From Verrucomicrobiales bacterium (GTDB taxonomy: Bacteria; Verrucomicrobiota; Verrucomicrobiia; Verrucomicrobiales; V1-33), in NCBI GenBank assembly GCA_031411295.1, contig JANOAV010000202.1, positions 56,814-120,813 of the forward strand: 64,000 nt of DNA, in the 5' to 3' direction. Position numbers and translations under genes: made by a program. Positions 1 through 9,772 of this stretch are shown here, piece after piece. Position 1 is the stretch's first letter. Each line of letters opens with the position of its first letter. Below the pieces are notes generated by a model, which was not told the origin of the DNA, did not search any database, and was given only the letters and a program-made list of their open reading frames with translations.

Positions 1-1791
1 ATTTTGGGACTAAAAGCATCCATCGAACAGCTGGGTGAGACCGCCAAGATTCCTCGCCTGCAAGCCACCGCCGGGCCGTGGCGCGCTGCCGGAGTGGTGG
101 CATGGGACGGTAAGCGCCTCGATGTCTCCACGCTGGAAGGCTGGCTGAAAGAAGTTTCCCTGGTGAAGCTCTCGGCTTCGTTGCCGCTGAACTATAAGTC
201 GGAACCACTGCATCTGAAGCTGGCCGTGGATCAACTGGACTCCGCCAAAGTGGCGGCCTCGCTGGGCCAAACCTTTCCTGCCAAAGGGATCGTGAGTTTG
301 TCAGGGGAGTTTTCCGGCACGCTCAAGGATCTAAAAGGCGAACTGACCACGGAGGTGTCGCAAATTGTGATCGCCCAAAAGGAGGCGGAGAAACTGCAGC
401 CCGGCAAGGTGAGCCTGAAGCTGAATTTGGCTGAGGGGAAACTCACGACTGACGTTGTGGTAAAGCAGAAACCACTGGAGGAACTGACCCTCCATGCCGC
501 CGTGCCCATGGATCTCCCGGCGTTGCTGGACCGCCCTGCATTGGCTCAGGAATTGCCGTTGGAGGCCAAGATGTCGCTGCCGAAATCAGCGTTAAACTTC
601 CTGCCAAGCTTCGTTCCCATGATCCAGCGGATTGACGGCACGCTGGCGTTGGAGGTGGCGGCCACGGGCACGGTCACTAAGCCGAAAGTTGCCGGGACGG
701 TGCAGTTGCAGATTCCTGACGTCGTCTTGGCCGATGAGTCGCTCCCCGGGATCAAACAACTGCGCGTAACATTGCTGGCGGATCAGCGAGCCATCACTAT
801 CAAACAAGCGGAAATGCTGGTTTCCGGAGGCCCGTTGAAGCTCACTGGGAGCGTGGGACTGCAAGATCTCAAGGATCCAACTTTCGATTTGAAGTTGCTA
901 GCGGAGGAAATTTTGGTCAAGCGGGACGACATGATCTCCCTGCGCGCCAATGCGGACATTGCTTGCATCGGGAAGCTCTCCGGAGCCACCGTGGCTGGCA
1001 AGGTGGATTTGGTGCGCGGTCGAATCTTCAAGGAGGTTGAGATTGTGCCGCTGTCGCTGCCCAATCAACTGCCGCCTCCGCCCGCTTCCACCAAGTTAGG
1101 CAAGGAAGGATTGCCGGAATTGCCAGCAGTTCTGCACCCTTGGAAATTCGATGTTTCCGTGAAGACCAAGGACCCGATTCGCCTGATGAGCACGGTGGCG
1201 CACGGCAGTGTTCTGGTCGATATGGCCTTGGCCGGAACAGGCGCCAAACCTGAGATAACGGGCAAGATAAACTTAAAGGACACTTGGGTGAAGCTGCCAT
1301 TTAGTCGGCTCAATATCGTCTCTTGCGACGTTACCATCCCCAAGGAAAATCCGCTGGATCCCCAACTCGAGCTGATCGGGGAATCGGTGGTGGCGAATTA
1401 CATGGTGACCTTGAATGCTTCCGGCCGGGCGATGGATCCCAAACTGCGCTTCACCTCCAGCCCACCGCTCTCCGAAGGTGATATCACGTATCTGCTGGCT
1501 ACGGGCACCACCGCTGGAGATCTGGGCGCGGGTAATGGCGAGGCGGCCGGACGGGCGTTGTTTCTGGTCTTCCAGAGTGCTTATCGAAAACTGTTTCCGA
1601 AGTTGGCGGCCGCAGCAGAGGAACAACAACCGCCCAAATTGTCGTTCGAGTTATCGGGCTTCGGCAACGATCCCAGCCGCCGGGGCGTGGCTGCCGTTTA
1701 TGAATTAACCCCCAAAGTAAAAGCCATCGGCCGCGTCGGAGAAAATGGCACCTTCCGCGGACTGCTTTACTATCAAATTCGTTTCAAATGA
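1..1791 (+). CDS. tamB: TamB/AsmA-like translocation and assembly module protein (DUF490-type C-terminus), 5'-partial
   Basis: Open from the window edge; beta-taco-like repeats; C-terminal DPQLELIGES..LNASGRAMDPKLRFTSSPPLSEGDITYLLATG and terminal YYQIRFK; ATGA overlap with the Omp85 gene. Confidence 0.8.
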   Translation: MLGLKASIEQLGETAKIPRLQATAGPWRAAGVVAWDGKRLDVSTLEGWLKEVSLVKLSASLPLNYKSEPLHLKLAVDQLDSAKVAASLGQTFPAKGIVSLSGEFSGTLKDLKGELTTEVSQIVIAQKEAEKLQPGKVSLKLNLAEGKLTTDVVVKQKPLEELTLHAAVPMDLPALLDRPALAQELPLEAKMSLPKSALNFLPSFVPMIQRIDGTLALEVAATGTVTKPKVAGTVQLQIPDVVLADESLPGIKQLRVTLLADQRAITIKQAEMLVSGGPLKLTGSVGLQDLKDPTFDLKLLAEEILVKRDDMISLRANADIACIGKLSGATVAGKVDLVRGRIFKEVEIVPLSLPNQLPPPPASTKLGKEGLPELPAVLHPWKFDVSVKTKDPIRLMSTVAHGSVLVDMALAGTGAKPEITGKINLKDTWVKLPFSRLNIVSCDVTIPKENPLDPQLELIGESVVANYMVTLNASGRAMDPKLRFTSSPPLSEGDITYLLATGTTAGDLGAGNGEAAGRALFLVFQSAYRKLFPKLAAAAEEQQPPKLSFELSGFGNDPSRRGVAAVYELTPKVKAIGRVGENGTFRGLLYYQIRFK

Positions 1792-3815
1792 GCGCCCGTT
1801 CTCCTCTCCTCTTTTGGCTTGTCATGCTAACGCCGATCTGGGCCGAACCAGACGGGCCCCACCAGGTCCCGAAGGTAACTCCTGAAGTCACGCTTCATGG
1901 AGTGTCGAACGCCATGCTGCCAATCGCTGATCAGGTGGTCATCAAGCAACTTAAGTTGTCGGGCGACACTACCGCATCCGGACCGCTGGCGGATGATTTG
2001 GCCTTTTTCCTGGAATCCCGCTATCGTCAGGACGGCTACCCCGAGGCGCATGTCGAATGGCAACAGGAAGGCGAAGGCATCATCCTAACCGTCTCAGAAG
2101 GTCCAATTTACGAAGTGGGGAAATTAACCATTGCAGGGGTGGACGAGGCCCTGGCGGCCACCTTGCTGCCGTATCTTACCAGCCCCACCAAGGAACGTCG
2201 GGCGCGCGGAGACAAGCATTTACCGTATGTGGCGGAGGAGCTGAAATCAGGTGCCGGCATGGTGGAGCGCAAGTTGCACGCGGAAGGCTACCTGCATGCC
2301 ATCGCCAGCGAGCCAACGTTCACGCCTAACGTAGAAGAGAAAACGATGGAGGTGACAGTGCAGGTGACGCTGGGACAGAAGTATATTTTTGGAGAAATTA
2401 TCCTAACTGGCGATACCGAGGGCGTGGCCGAAGCACTGCGCGAACGAATCGCGCTACTCCAGGGACAGTCGTTCAATGAAGTGTCCCTGGAATCACTGCG
2501 GAAGGACTTGGTGACGGATTGTCAGGCACGCGGATATTTTGCGCCCACCATTACCTCAGAGAGCAACTTCGGAAAACAACCCGGTCACGAGATCACAGCC
2601 AGTCTCAATGTGCAGTTAGGCGAAGTTTACCGCGTGCGTGACATCAATATCTCCGAGGAATTCAGCAAAGGGGCGCAACACGTGGCGCAAACCGTATTTC
2701 ATCCCGCGCTCGACGAACGCTACAGCCCCATCTCGCTGGATCTCTACACCCGCCGGGCGCTGGAAACGGGAATCTATGGGCGACTGGACATGACTCCCCG
2801 CGTCACAGGGCCGGGGGATCTCACCTTGGACATCGCTGGCACGGACGCGAAGCCGATTACGTGGTCGCTCTATGGCGGATACCAGACGTTCGCTGGGCTG
2901 AGTGTGGGCACCGAGGTTACCAATGTGAATTTCTTGGATACGGGCCACACGGCCTCGCTCAAGGCCGAGTGGTCGTTCCGTGGTCTGGAGGGTCGCTTGG
3001 GCTGGAAAGACCCTGCCATCTTCGGCACCCGCAATGCGTTGGCGATGGATTTGTTGGTGGAGACGTTCGAGTTCAAGGCTTACCTCCGGAAGACGGCGGC
3101 CTTGCGCGCCTCCTTGTCCCGTCGGTTCTCCCGGGCCACCACGGCGGAAATTTTCACTGGAGTCAACGTCAATGCTTCCACGAGTGATGGGTTGCTACCA
3201 GCTGAGTTAGGACCAGACTTCTACACCCTGGCCAATGTCGGGGCGCGGTTGAATTTCGATTATCGTGACAACCCCCTCATCCCTCATAAAGGCTGGCAGG
3301 GATCACTGGGCGTGGAGGCGAATACCGGGGAAATTAGCTATACGAAGTTCGATCTCATGAGCGCGTTCTACCAGCCCATCACCGAGCACCTGCGCGTGGC
3401 CATCGGGGCGCGTGCCAGCTACATCCAGACCAGCAGTGACATCACCGAGCTACCGATTGATCTGCGGAATTTTAACGGCGGCGGCACTTCAGTCCGCAGC
3501 TTCAAGGATCGGGAAATGGGCGCGCACTCTATCCTGGGAGCCAACCCGTTAGGTGATTTTGCCTTTACCGTGATCAATGCGGAATTGAGCTACGAAATTA
3601 TTTCCAATCTGGAATTGGCCGGCTTCGTGGATGCAGGCACGCTGGGCGATGGCAAGTCACTCTTCTCCTTCGATGACATGCGCTATGGCGTGGGCCTCGG
3701 CGTGCGCTATAACCTGCCCATCGGTCCGTTGCGGGTTGATTACGGCTACAATCCTGACCAGCGCGAAGGGGAAGCGCGCGGGGCCATTCACGTGACGTTT
3801 GGGTTTGCGTTTTAG
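1788..3815 (+). CDS. Omp85 family (TamA/BamA-like) outer membrane protein with POTRA domains
   Basis: Signal peptide; POTRA-like YRQDGY/LHAEGY/CQARGY motifs; GGGTSVRSF lid loop; GVGLGVRYNLPIGPLRVDYG; C-terminal Phe. Confidence 0.88.
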   Translation: MSARSPLLFWLVMLTPIWAEPDGPHQVPKVTPEVTLHGVSNAMLPIADQVVIKQLKLSGDTTASGPLADDLAFFLESRYRQDGYPEAHVEWQQEGEGIILTVSEGPIYEVGKLTIAGVDEALAATLLPYLTSPTKERRARGDKHLPYVAEELKSGAGMVERKLHAEGYLHAIASEPTFTPNVEEKTMEVTVQVTLGQKYIFGEIILTGDTEGVAEALRERIALLQGQSFNEVSLESLRKDLVTDCQARGYFAPTITSESNFGKQPGHEITASLNVQLGEVYRVRDINISEEFSKGAQHVAQTVFHPALDERYSPISLDLYTRRALETGIYGRLDMTPRVTGPGDLTLDIAGTDAKPITWSLYGGYQTFAGLSVGTEVTNVNFLDTGHTASLKAEWSFRGLEGRLGWKDPAIFGTRNALAMDLLVETFEFKAYLRKTAALRASLSRRFSRATTAEIFTGVNVNASTSDGLLPAELGPDFYTLANVGARLNFDYRDNPLIPHKGWQGSLGVEANTGEISYTKFDLMSAFYQPITEHLRVAIGARASYIQTSSDITELPIDLRNFNGGGTSVRSFKDREMGAHSILGANPLGDFAFTVINAELSYEIISNLELAGFVDAGTLGDGKSLFSFDDMRYGVGLGVRYNLPIGPLRVDYGYNPDQREGEARGAIHVTFGFAF

Positions 3816-3871
3816 GCTCGCTTTCGGGTTAACTCAGAAGAAGCGTCCACGTGACTGTGTTTCCCTTTTGA

Positions 3872-3896
3872 AAGCAGTCCAGCGGACTGCTTCCAC
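3872..3896 (-). repeat. REP-like palindrome GTGGAAGCAGTCCGCTGGACTGCTT between convergent genes
   Basis: Stem AAGCAGTCC/GGACTGCTT with 5' GTGG on the minus strand. Confidence 0.55.
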
Positions 3897-3934
3897 CCTC
3901 GCTCAAAATTTCCGGTTTCCCAAGGAAAATGGCC

Positions 3935-6229
3935 TTAGCCCATGGCCGTGTAGGACAAGCAGTTGATTTCATCGAAGGTGGTATGACCTGCCACCACTTG
4001 GACCAGACCTTCTTGATAAAGGCTCTTAAATCCGTTCTGGATGGCAATTTTCCGCATCGTCACCACCGGAGCACCTTCGGCAATGAGGCCGGAAAGTTCA
4101 TTGTTGATGAGATTCATTTCCATCAAGGCAATCCGTCCGCTGTAACCCGTGCCATTGCATTCATCACAGCCTACTTTTTGATAAATCGGCTCGGTGGTGG
4201 CCTGTTCGATGGCACCATGATAGTGAAGGAATTCTTGAATTTCCTGGGTGACCTGTGCGGGAGCTTTGCAATATGGGCAAAGTTTGCGCACCAAGCGCTG
4301 GGCCTGACTCATGGCCAAAGCATCCGCCAGCAGATAGGGTTCGATGCCCATGGAAAGCAGACGAGAAATGGCCCGGAGGGAATCGTTGGCGTGCAGCGTG
4401 GTGAGCACCAAGTGTCCCGTTAGAGCGGCGTTCACCGCAGCTCCCGCCGTCTCGCTATCTCGTGATTCCCCGATGAGAATCACATCCGGGTCTGCCCGTA
4501 ACAGGGAGCGCAGACCGGTGGGAAAATCGAGACCGTGGAAGGAGTCGGTTTGCGTTTGGTTAATGCCTTCAATTTCGTATTCGATCGGATCTTCAATCGT
4601 CTGAATGTTGATGTTATCTTCGTTGATGGCGTTAAGGAAGGCGTAAAGCGTGGTCGTCTTACCGGAGCCTGTAGGGCCGGTTACGAGGACTAACCCTTGG
4701 TCCCGGGAGAGCACTTGCTTGATGATGCTGCTTTGCCGCGTGGACATATTTAGCTCACTCAGTTTCTTGATGCCATCCTGCTTATCCAAGAAACGCATAA
4801 TGATTTTCTGCATTTCCTTCCGGTGCGGCACGGCGGCTACCCGGACGTCGATGCGCTTTTTGCCGAGGAGCATGGAGAAACGTCCATCCTGCGTGGTCTG
4901 GCGTTCCTGGGCCATGTTAGACCAATTTTTGATGATGGCGATATAACGCAGCAGGCTCTCTTCAGAACAGGAATGGATGACGACGAGTTCCCCATCCACC
5001 CGGGCGCGGAAGCGGGCGGTGTTATAAAATTTCTCCACGTGAAGATCTGACCCGCGCATGGTGATGGCGCGATAAATCACCCACTTTACCAGTTCGTCTG
5101 GCGCAGTGTTAGGGTTTGCCGGATTGACTTTGGCCATATCCAATGGATCAATTTCAACGATGTTTTGATTGTCCGAGTAGGTCAGTTCCCCCACTTGGAC
5201 GCCACTGCCGGAATCACGACTGCCCCGGCTGCGGTTGCGCGCGATGGCGGTGGAGATGGCCGAGGGGTCAGCCAAAATGTTGATGATTTTGACGGCATCA
5301 TGCCCGCTGGAAAGCCACTCGTCTTCAAATGAATACGTGGAAGGAACGGCACTCATCAACCAGACATGCTGGTCACTACAGTGCAATGGATAGACGTTAT
5401 GCTTTTCCAGCAAGGCATCCGGGAAGATACTTTGACCAGGCGCTTCTTCAGGATTGTAAACTTGGAGGCCGGGGGATTGCAGTGCCGCAATGGCTAGTCC
5501 ATAGTGACGCGGCAGGAACTTAAGATCGTCCAGGCCAGCATAGGGTTTGTTGCCGCGTTCGGTGATGAGCTTCAGGAGCTTCTCCCGCTCCACGTCAGGC
5601 ATGGGATAGATGGCCAGGAACCAGTCCAAGACGTCCTTGAGTCCGGCATTTGCGGGAGGGGGTTGCAGATTGCTGTGGGGATTTACCGTGGCCAGGGGCT
5701 TGGCGGCAAATCTCGTTAGCAAGTCTTTATGAATGCTGGCATACTGGTCCGGATGAATCACCACCCGCACGATCAGAAACGAGGGGATGCGCCAGTAATC
5801 CTGACAGGATGGATCGTAATGACCCATGATGATCAGCGGTCCCATGGTGCCCAGTGGCATCCATGGTTGAGCGGAGGATGCCGGAAGTCCAAACGTGCGC
5901 AGCAGGGCCTCTGAGGGAATGGAGCAGGCACCACGCGGAAGCTTCACGGGCGGCAAGCCACTGCTGTGGGCCACATTTTCCAAATTGAAATTTCCCACCA
6001 CCGGGGCCGTGAAGACTTCGTCTGAGACGCGGGAGGCTCCAGCCATGGCCGAAGGGATGGCGGGCGGGTAATTTGGCGGTGGTTCTGCCGCGCGCACGGG
6101 AGCGGCCTCCGTCCAGAAGGATTCGTCAGGAGCCAAGCGTGAACCGCCCGCGGCTTCGGGCGCAGGAGATTCCAACGCGGAGGCCCAAAAATTTGTGTTT
6201 CCCGAGGTCGGCTCTTGAGTAGTAAACAT
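3935..6229 (-). CDS. GspE/PilB family secretion/pilus assembly ATPase
   Basis: Walker A GPTGSGKTTT, TIEDPIE, LRADPDVILIGESRD, TGHLVLTTLH, CPYC..CDEC zinc motif; start placed at ATG 6229 (MFTTQEP) to avoid overlap with the upstream pilin. Confidence 0.93.
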   Translation of the reverse strand: MFTTQEPTSGNTNFWASALESPAPEAAGGSRLAPDESFWTEAAPVRAAEPPPNYPPAIPSAMAGASRVSDEVFTAPVVGNFNLENVAHSSGLPPVKLPRGACSIPSEALLRTFGLPASSAQPWMPLGTMGPLIIMGHYDPSCQDYWRIPSFLIVRVVIHPDQYASIHKDLLTRFAAKPLATVNPHSNLQPPPANAGLKDVLDWFLAIYPMPDVEREKLLKLITERGNKPYAGLDDLKFLPRHYGLAIAALQSPGLQVYNPEEAPGQSIFPDALLEKHNVYPLHCSDQHVWLMSAVPSTYSFEDEWLSSGHDAVKIINILADPSAISTAIARNRSRGSRDSGSGVQVGELTYSDNQNIVEIDPLDMAKVNPANPNTAPDELVKWVIYRAITMRGSDLHVEKFYNTARFRARVDGELVVIHSCSEESLLRYIAIIKNWSNMAQERQTTQDGRFSMLLGKKRIDVRVAAVPHRKEMQKIIMRFLDKQDGIKKLSELNMSTRQSSIIKQVLSRDQGLVLVTGPTGSGKTTTLYAFLNAINEDNINIQTIEDPIEYEIEGINQTQTDSFHGLDFPTGLRSLLRADPDVILIGESRDSETAGAAVNAALTGHLVLTTLHANDSLRAISRLLSMGIEPYLLADALAMSQAQRLVRKLCPYCKAPAQVTQEIQEFLHYHGAIEQATTEPIYQKVGCDECNGTGYSGRIALMEMNLINNELSGLIAEGAPVVTMRKIAIQNGFKSLYQEGLVQVVAGHTTFDEINCLSYTAMG

Positions 6230-6266
6230 TTCAGGTTTGATGGAGGGAAGGGAGAGGAAACCAGGC

Positions 6267-6782
6267 TTAGTTGGCGTTTGCGGCAGGTGGTTCCGGCGTA
6301 AAATTCGAGGGGAAGGTGTAGGGGGCGGTTTGGTCGGAACTATCGAATGGTAGTAACAATCCCGTTCCGGCAGTCCCCGGAACCAATAGTTGGAAGTTTC
6401 GGCCATTCCAACGCACCCGGTATTGTGTTGTCGCGTTGGATGCTGCGGGGTTCCAACTTGGTGGATAGTAGGGTGCACCAGAGTCAAAGCGTCCAGCAGA
6501 GGCCGCAGGTTTGTATTGCAGCGAGCGCAGCACCTTGAATTCGTCGGTGGTCGATCCATCATCCTTTGCGGTGCGGATATCCCAGTTACCTTGCCCGAAG
6601 CCTCTCAGGGCACCGTTTAACTGAGCGACGATATTTTCCGCCTGAGCGAGCCGGGTGGCATCTCCCACATTTCCGAAGGAGACCAAAGCAATGCCTGCCA
6701 GCACCCCAACGATGGCGATGGTCACCATGATTTCGGGAAGGCTATAGCCGCGTTGATGCTTGACGGGAGATGTGCGAAACAT
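6267..6782 (-). CDS. Type IV pilin/pseudopilin-like protein
   Basis: Class III signal RG|YSLPEIMVTIAIVGVLAGIAL. Confidence 0.88.
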   Translation of the reverse strand: MFRTSPVKHQRGYSLPEIMVTIAIVGVLAGIALVSFGNVGDATRLAQAENIVAQLNGALRGFGQGNWDIRTAKDDGSTTDEFKVLRSLQYKPAASAGRFDSGAPYYPPSWNPAASNATTQYRVRWNGRNFQLLVPGTAGTGLLLPFDSSDQTAPYTFPSNFTPEPPAANAN

Positions 6783-6807
6783 GATGGTCTGGAGGCTCGA
6801 TAAATGG

Positions 6808-7281
6808 CTAGTATGCCAGCACCGCCCGGTTGGTCTGTCCGGATGGGAGAGGCTTGTAAATCGTGACTTTGTCCAAGTTGGCCAAATCCTGCGGCAAACG
6901 CACTAGGTAATCCGCTGGCATCAGGGTCGTCAGGCTACTGGGAGCGTAAGCCATGTAAGGCGTCAGGAAATTGGTATAGCGATTGGCATCCTTGGCGTCA
7001 GCATCGGCCCCTGTGGTGGCAGCCCATGCCGTCTTGGCCGTTTGCAGTCCATACGCTTGGATGTAACTGGAAATGGCCATGTTCAGGGCTTCGGCTCGGG
7101 AGATGGCCATATTTTCCTCAGTATCCCGCCGCACGCTGGTGATACTCGGGATGGCCATGAAGATCAGAATGCCGATGATGGTAACTGAGGCCAGGACTTC
7201 CACCAAGGTGAAGCCAAGCACGCAGGCCAGCAATCGCGTGCCGCGCATCCGCCGAGGTGTTGGAGGAGTGGGAATATGCAT
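6808..7281 (-). CDS. Type IV pilin/pseudopilin-like protein
   Basis: LG|FTLVEVLASVTIIGILIFMAIP; start ATG 7281. Confidence 0.88.
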   Translation of the reverse strand: MHIPTPPTPRRMRGTRLLACVLGFTLVEVLASVTIIGILIFMAIPSITSVRRDTEENMAISRAEALNMAISSYIQAYGLQTAKTAWAATTGADADAKDANRYTNFLTPYMAYAPSSLTTLMPADYLVRLPQDLANLDKVTIYKPLPSGQTNRAVLAY

Positions 7282-7289
7282 AGGAGAAA

Positions 7290-7826
7290 TTAGTTTGAAT
7301 TGGAAGCGGGATTGAGATTGACGGTAGGGTAACTGCCAGACACCCAGTTCGGCAATGTTAGCCATTTCCCGGTCTGGACCATGGCATCGGACTTGATGAG
7401 GGAGAGATCGCTGGGGCCATACTTGCCGGCCATATCCACATAATGTTGCGCGGTCATGGCATCCAAATAACCTTCGGTGTCAGGCGTATTGGCATCCATA
7501 TCCTTGCCAGTGAGCATGGCGAAGCGCTTGGCGGAGGTGTTGAGGGTGGTGTTATAGTAATTGGTTAACGCCTCTAGCGTAACGGGCGCGCCACTGCTGA
7601 CAATGGAGGTATCCACTCGGCCAAGTTTGGCATCGACCCAGTTGTTGAGGGCACTCTGCCAGACTGCCAATTGCTGCCGGACAACGACTTCACGAGAGGT
7701 CTGCGCAGCATCAGAGAATGAACTGATGACCATTGAGGCGAGGATGCTAATGACCGCGATCACCAGCAACATTTCCACAAGGGTAAATGCCAGCGCTCGC
7801 TGTAATCGGGGAATTGGTGATTTCAT
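7290..7826 (-). CDS. Type IV pilin/pseudopilin-like protein
   Basis: LA|FTLVEMLLVIAVISILASMVI (Ala at -1). Confidence 0.88.
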   Translation of the reverse strand: MKSPIPRLQRALAFTLVEMLLVIAVISILASMVISSFSDAAQTSREVVVRQQLAVWQSALNNWVDAKLGRVDTSIVSSGAPVTLEALTNYYNTTLNTSAKRFAMLTGKDMDANTPDTEGYLDAMTAQHYVDMAGKYGPSDLSLIKSDAMVQTGKWLTLPNWVSGSYPTVNLNPASNSN

Positions 7827-7857
7827 GAATTGAAGGGTGGCTCAGGGCTGAAAAGGG

Positions 7858-8280
7858 TTAATTACCGATGGGTCTGGCGGCACCAGTGTATTGCAGAAGT
7901 CCATCCTGCGGGTCCCACTGCAGATATTGCTTGGCTCCCGTAAGTTGCTCCTGATCGATGGTGGATAATCGATACCGGATGTTTCCTAAGGCACCGGTCC
8001 CACTGACACCTACCGAGAGGGCTTGCACCACGGCACCCATATCGCTCCCCGCTGGCAAAGTCGCTCCAGTCATCCGGGCAGAATTATACATGGAAGCAAT
8101 GTGCTGGGCGTTCCGTCGGTAGGTATTGTCCGTGCTGTTTTCATAAACCTTGCTGAGCGCAGGGAGAATGATCGCAGCCAAGATTCCGATGACCGCAATC
8201 ACTACCAACAATTCTACCAAGCTGAAGCCGGCTGGCTGCTTGGAGCGGAGTGTGCAGGAGGATGGTGATACAAGGTTCAC
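7858..8280 (-). CDS. Type IV pilin/pseudopilin-like protein
   Basis: AG|FSLVELLVVIAVIGILAAIILP; GTG start. Confidence 0.88.
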   Translation of the reverse strand: MNLVSPSSCTLRSKQPAGFSLVELLVVIAVIGILAAIILPALSKVYENSTDNTYRRNAQHIASMYNSARMTGATLPAGSDMGAVVQALSVGVSGTGALGNIRYRLSTIDQEQLTGAKQYLQWDPQDGLLQYTGAARPIGN

Positions 8281-8370
8281 GGACGTAAATATTAATGGTT
8301 AATCTCTTTAATTCTGAAAATTACAACTTTTATCAGTTATCGCAACCTCATTTTTGTAAAATTCTAAGGC
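8281..8370. promoter_or_regulatory. AT-rich divergent promoter region between the pilin operon and proB
   Basis: Sharp AT-rich tract in a GC-rich background directly upstream of the first pilin. Confidence 0.45.
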
Positions 8371-8535
8371 GTCGAAAAAGCTAGCCTTCGGGTGGTGGTC
8401 AGGATAATTGACCTTTGTCGGGTTCCGCCCTGCCCGGAGAAAGTCACTTTACAGCCTCCGTTCTTGATCCTAGTAGATGCACCCCTGGCGCCCGCTCGTA
8501 TCATCCGGGGCAATCCTCCAATTATTTTTTTCCTT

Positions 8536-9342
8536 ATGGCCCAGTCCCCTCCCCTGAATGCCCCCCCCTCGCCCTCGACACGAAAACGAGTCGTCCTTAA
8601 ATTTGGGACTGGGATCCTCAAAGACCAGTCCTCGCCCACTATCGATGGAGCCCAAGTGTGGAATTTGTTGCGGGCAGTCGCGATCATTCGTCGGGCGGGG
8701 CACGAGGTCATCGTCGTCACGAGTGGAGCGGTGGCGGCTGGGCTCAATATCATGGGGTTCGTGGAACGCCCCACAGAAATGGCGCTTTTACAGGCCTGTG
8801 CGGCGGTCGGCCAATCCCGACTAATGCATTTCTATGAGCAAGTCCTCCGCGAGTGGGATCTCCACGTGGGGCAAATGCTGGTGACCAATGAGGACTTCGA
8901 GCTCCCCCAGCGTCGCTCCCACATTGAGAACACCCTCCGCCAACTGCTGGCCAGCGAGCGCGTCGTGCCCGTGTTCAATGAGAACGACTCCGTCGCCATC
9001 GAGGAAATACGCTTTGGCGACAATGATGCCCTGAGTGCGGGCGTCGCCAAGCTGGCCAAGGCGGATCTCTTGATTTTGCTAACCAGTGTGGACGGTCTGA
9101 TTCCCCCATCTGGTGTGGGCATCGTGGATACGGTAACTGACCTGGCCGAAGTCGCAGGTTTCGCTCGGGAGGATAAAGGAGACTACTCAGTGGGCGGCAT
9201 GGACACGAAGCTGACCGCCGTGCGCAACGCGGTTGAAGCGGGTGTCGAAACCATTATTGCCAACGGTCGCAATGCGGAGCAACTGTTGGAGTTGGTCAAC
9301 GGCGGGGGCAGAGGCACCCGTTTCCTCGTCCGGAAACCCTGA
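8536..9342 (+). CDS. proB: Glutamate 5-kinase (short form, no PUA domain)
   Basis: VVLKFGT, VTSGAVAAG, QACAAVGQ, NENDSV, FGDNDALS, GGMDTKL. Confidence 0.93.
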   Translation: MAQSPPLNAPPSPSTRKRVVLKFGTGILKDQSSPTIDGAQVWNLLRAVAIIRRAGHEVIVVTSGAVAAGLNIMGFVERPTEMALLQACAAVGQSRLMHFYEQVLREWDLHVGQMLVTNEDFELPQRRSHIENTLRQLLASERVVPVFNENDSVAIEEIRFGDNDALSAGVAKLAKADLLILLTSVDGLIPPSGVGIVDTVTDLAEVAGFAREDKGDYSVGGMDTKLTAVRNAVEAGVETIIANGRNAEQLLELVNGGGRGTRFLVRKP

Positions 9343-9368
9343 TTCCTCGGCCCCCACGGAGACGTGAA

Positions 9369-9623
9369 TTAATAACAGTGACTGCGGGAACGATAGCCAC
9401 CACCGTGGCCGCCGCCATGATAACCGCCGCCATAGCCTCCACTATGATAGCCTGAGCCTCCCCAGTGGGGAGCAGGAGCGCAGCCGGAACTATGATGGCC
9501 ATAACTGTGGGCATATCCTACGGGATAAGGAACGCAACTAACCAAGCCGAGCGCAAGCAGCGCCAGTAAGCAAAAACGCGGCCAGATGGTGGAAACTATT
9601 GGAGTGGAAACGGGGGTCTTCAT
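9369..9623 (-). CDS. Small Gly/His/Tyr-rich putative lipoprotein
   Basis: Hydrophobic stretch plus LVSC lipobox followed by GGY/GGH repeats. Confidence 0.6.
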   Translation of the reverse strand: MKTPVSTPIVSTIWPRFCLLALLALGLVSCVPYPVGYAHSYGHHSSGCAPAPHWGGSGYHSGGYGGGYHGGGHGGGYRSRSHCY

Positions 9624-9772
9624 AATGGGGATGGGTTAAGGGTTGTCAATTCGACGAAGTCCGTCGGACGATATTCACAATGTTGCGCAAATTTTTTCTT
9701 CCCCATTCGTTCGTGAAAATGTTTGCAGGCGCGAGGGTTCCCGGTTTTGCTGCCAGACATTTTCCACACTCC

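Noticed and set aside
6230..6562. N-terminal extension of the 875-aa ATPase ORF
   Set aside because: Overlaps a clear pilin gene in another frame; ATG 6229 is the better start
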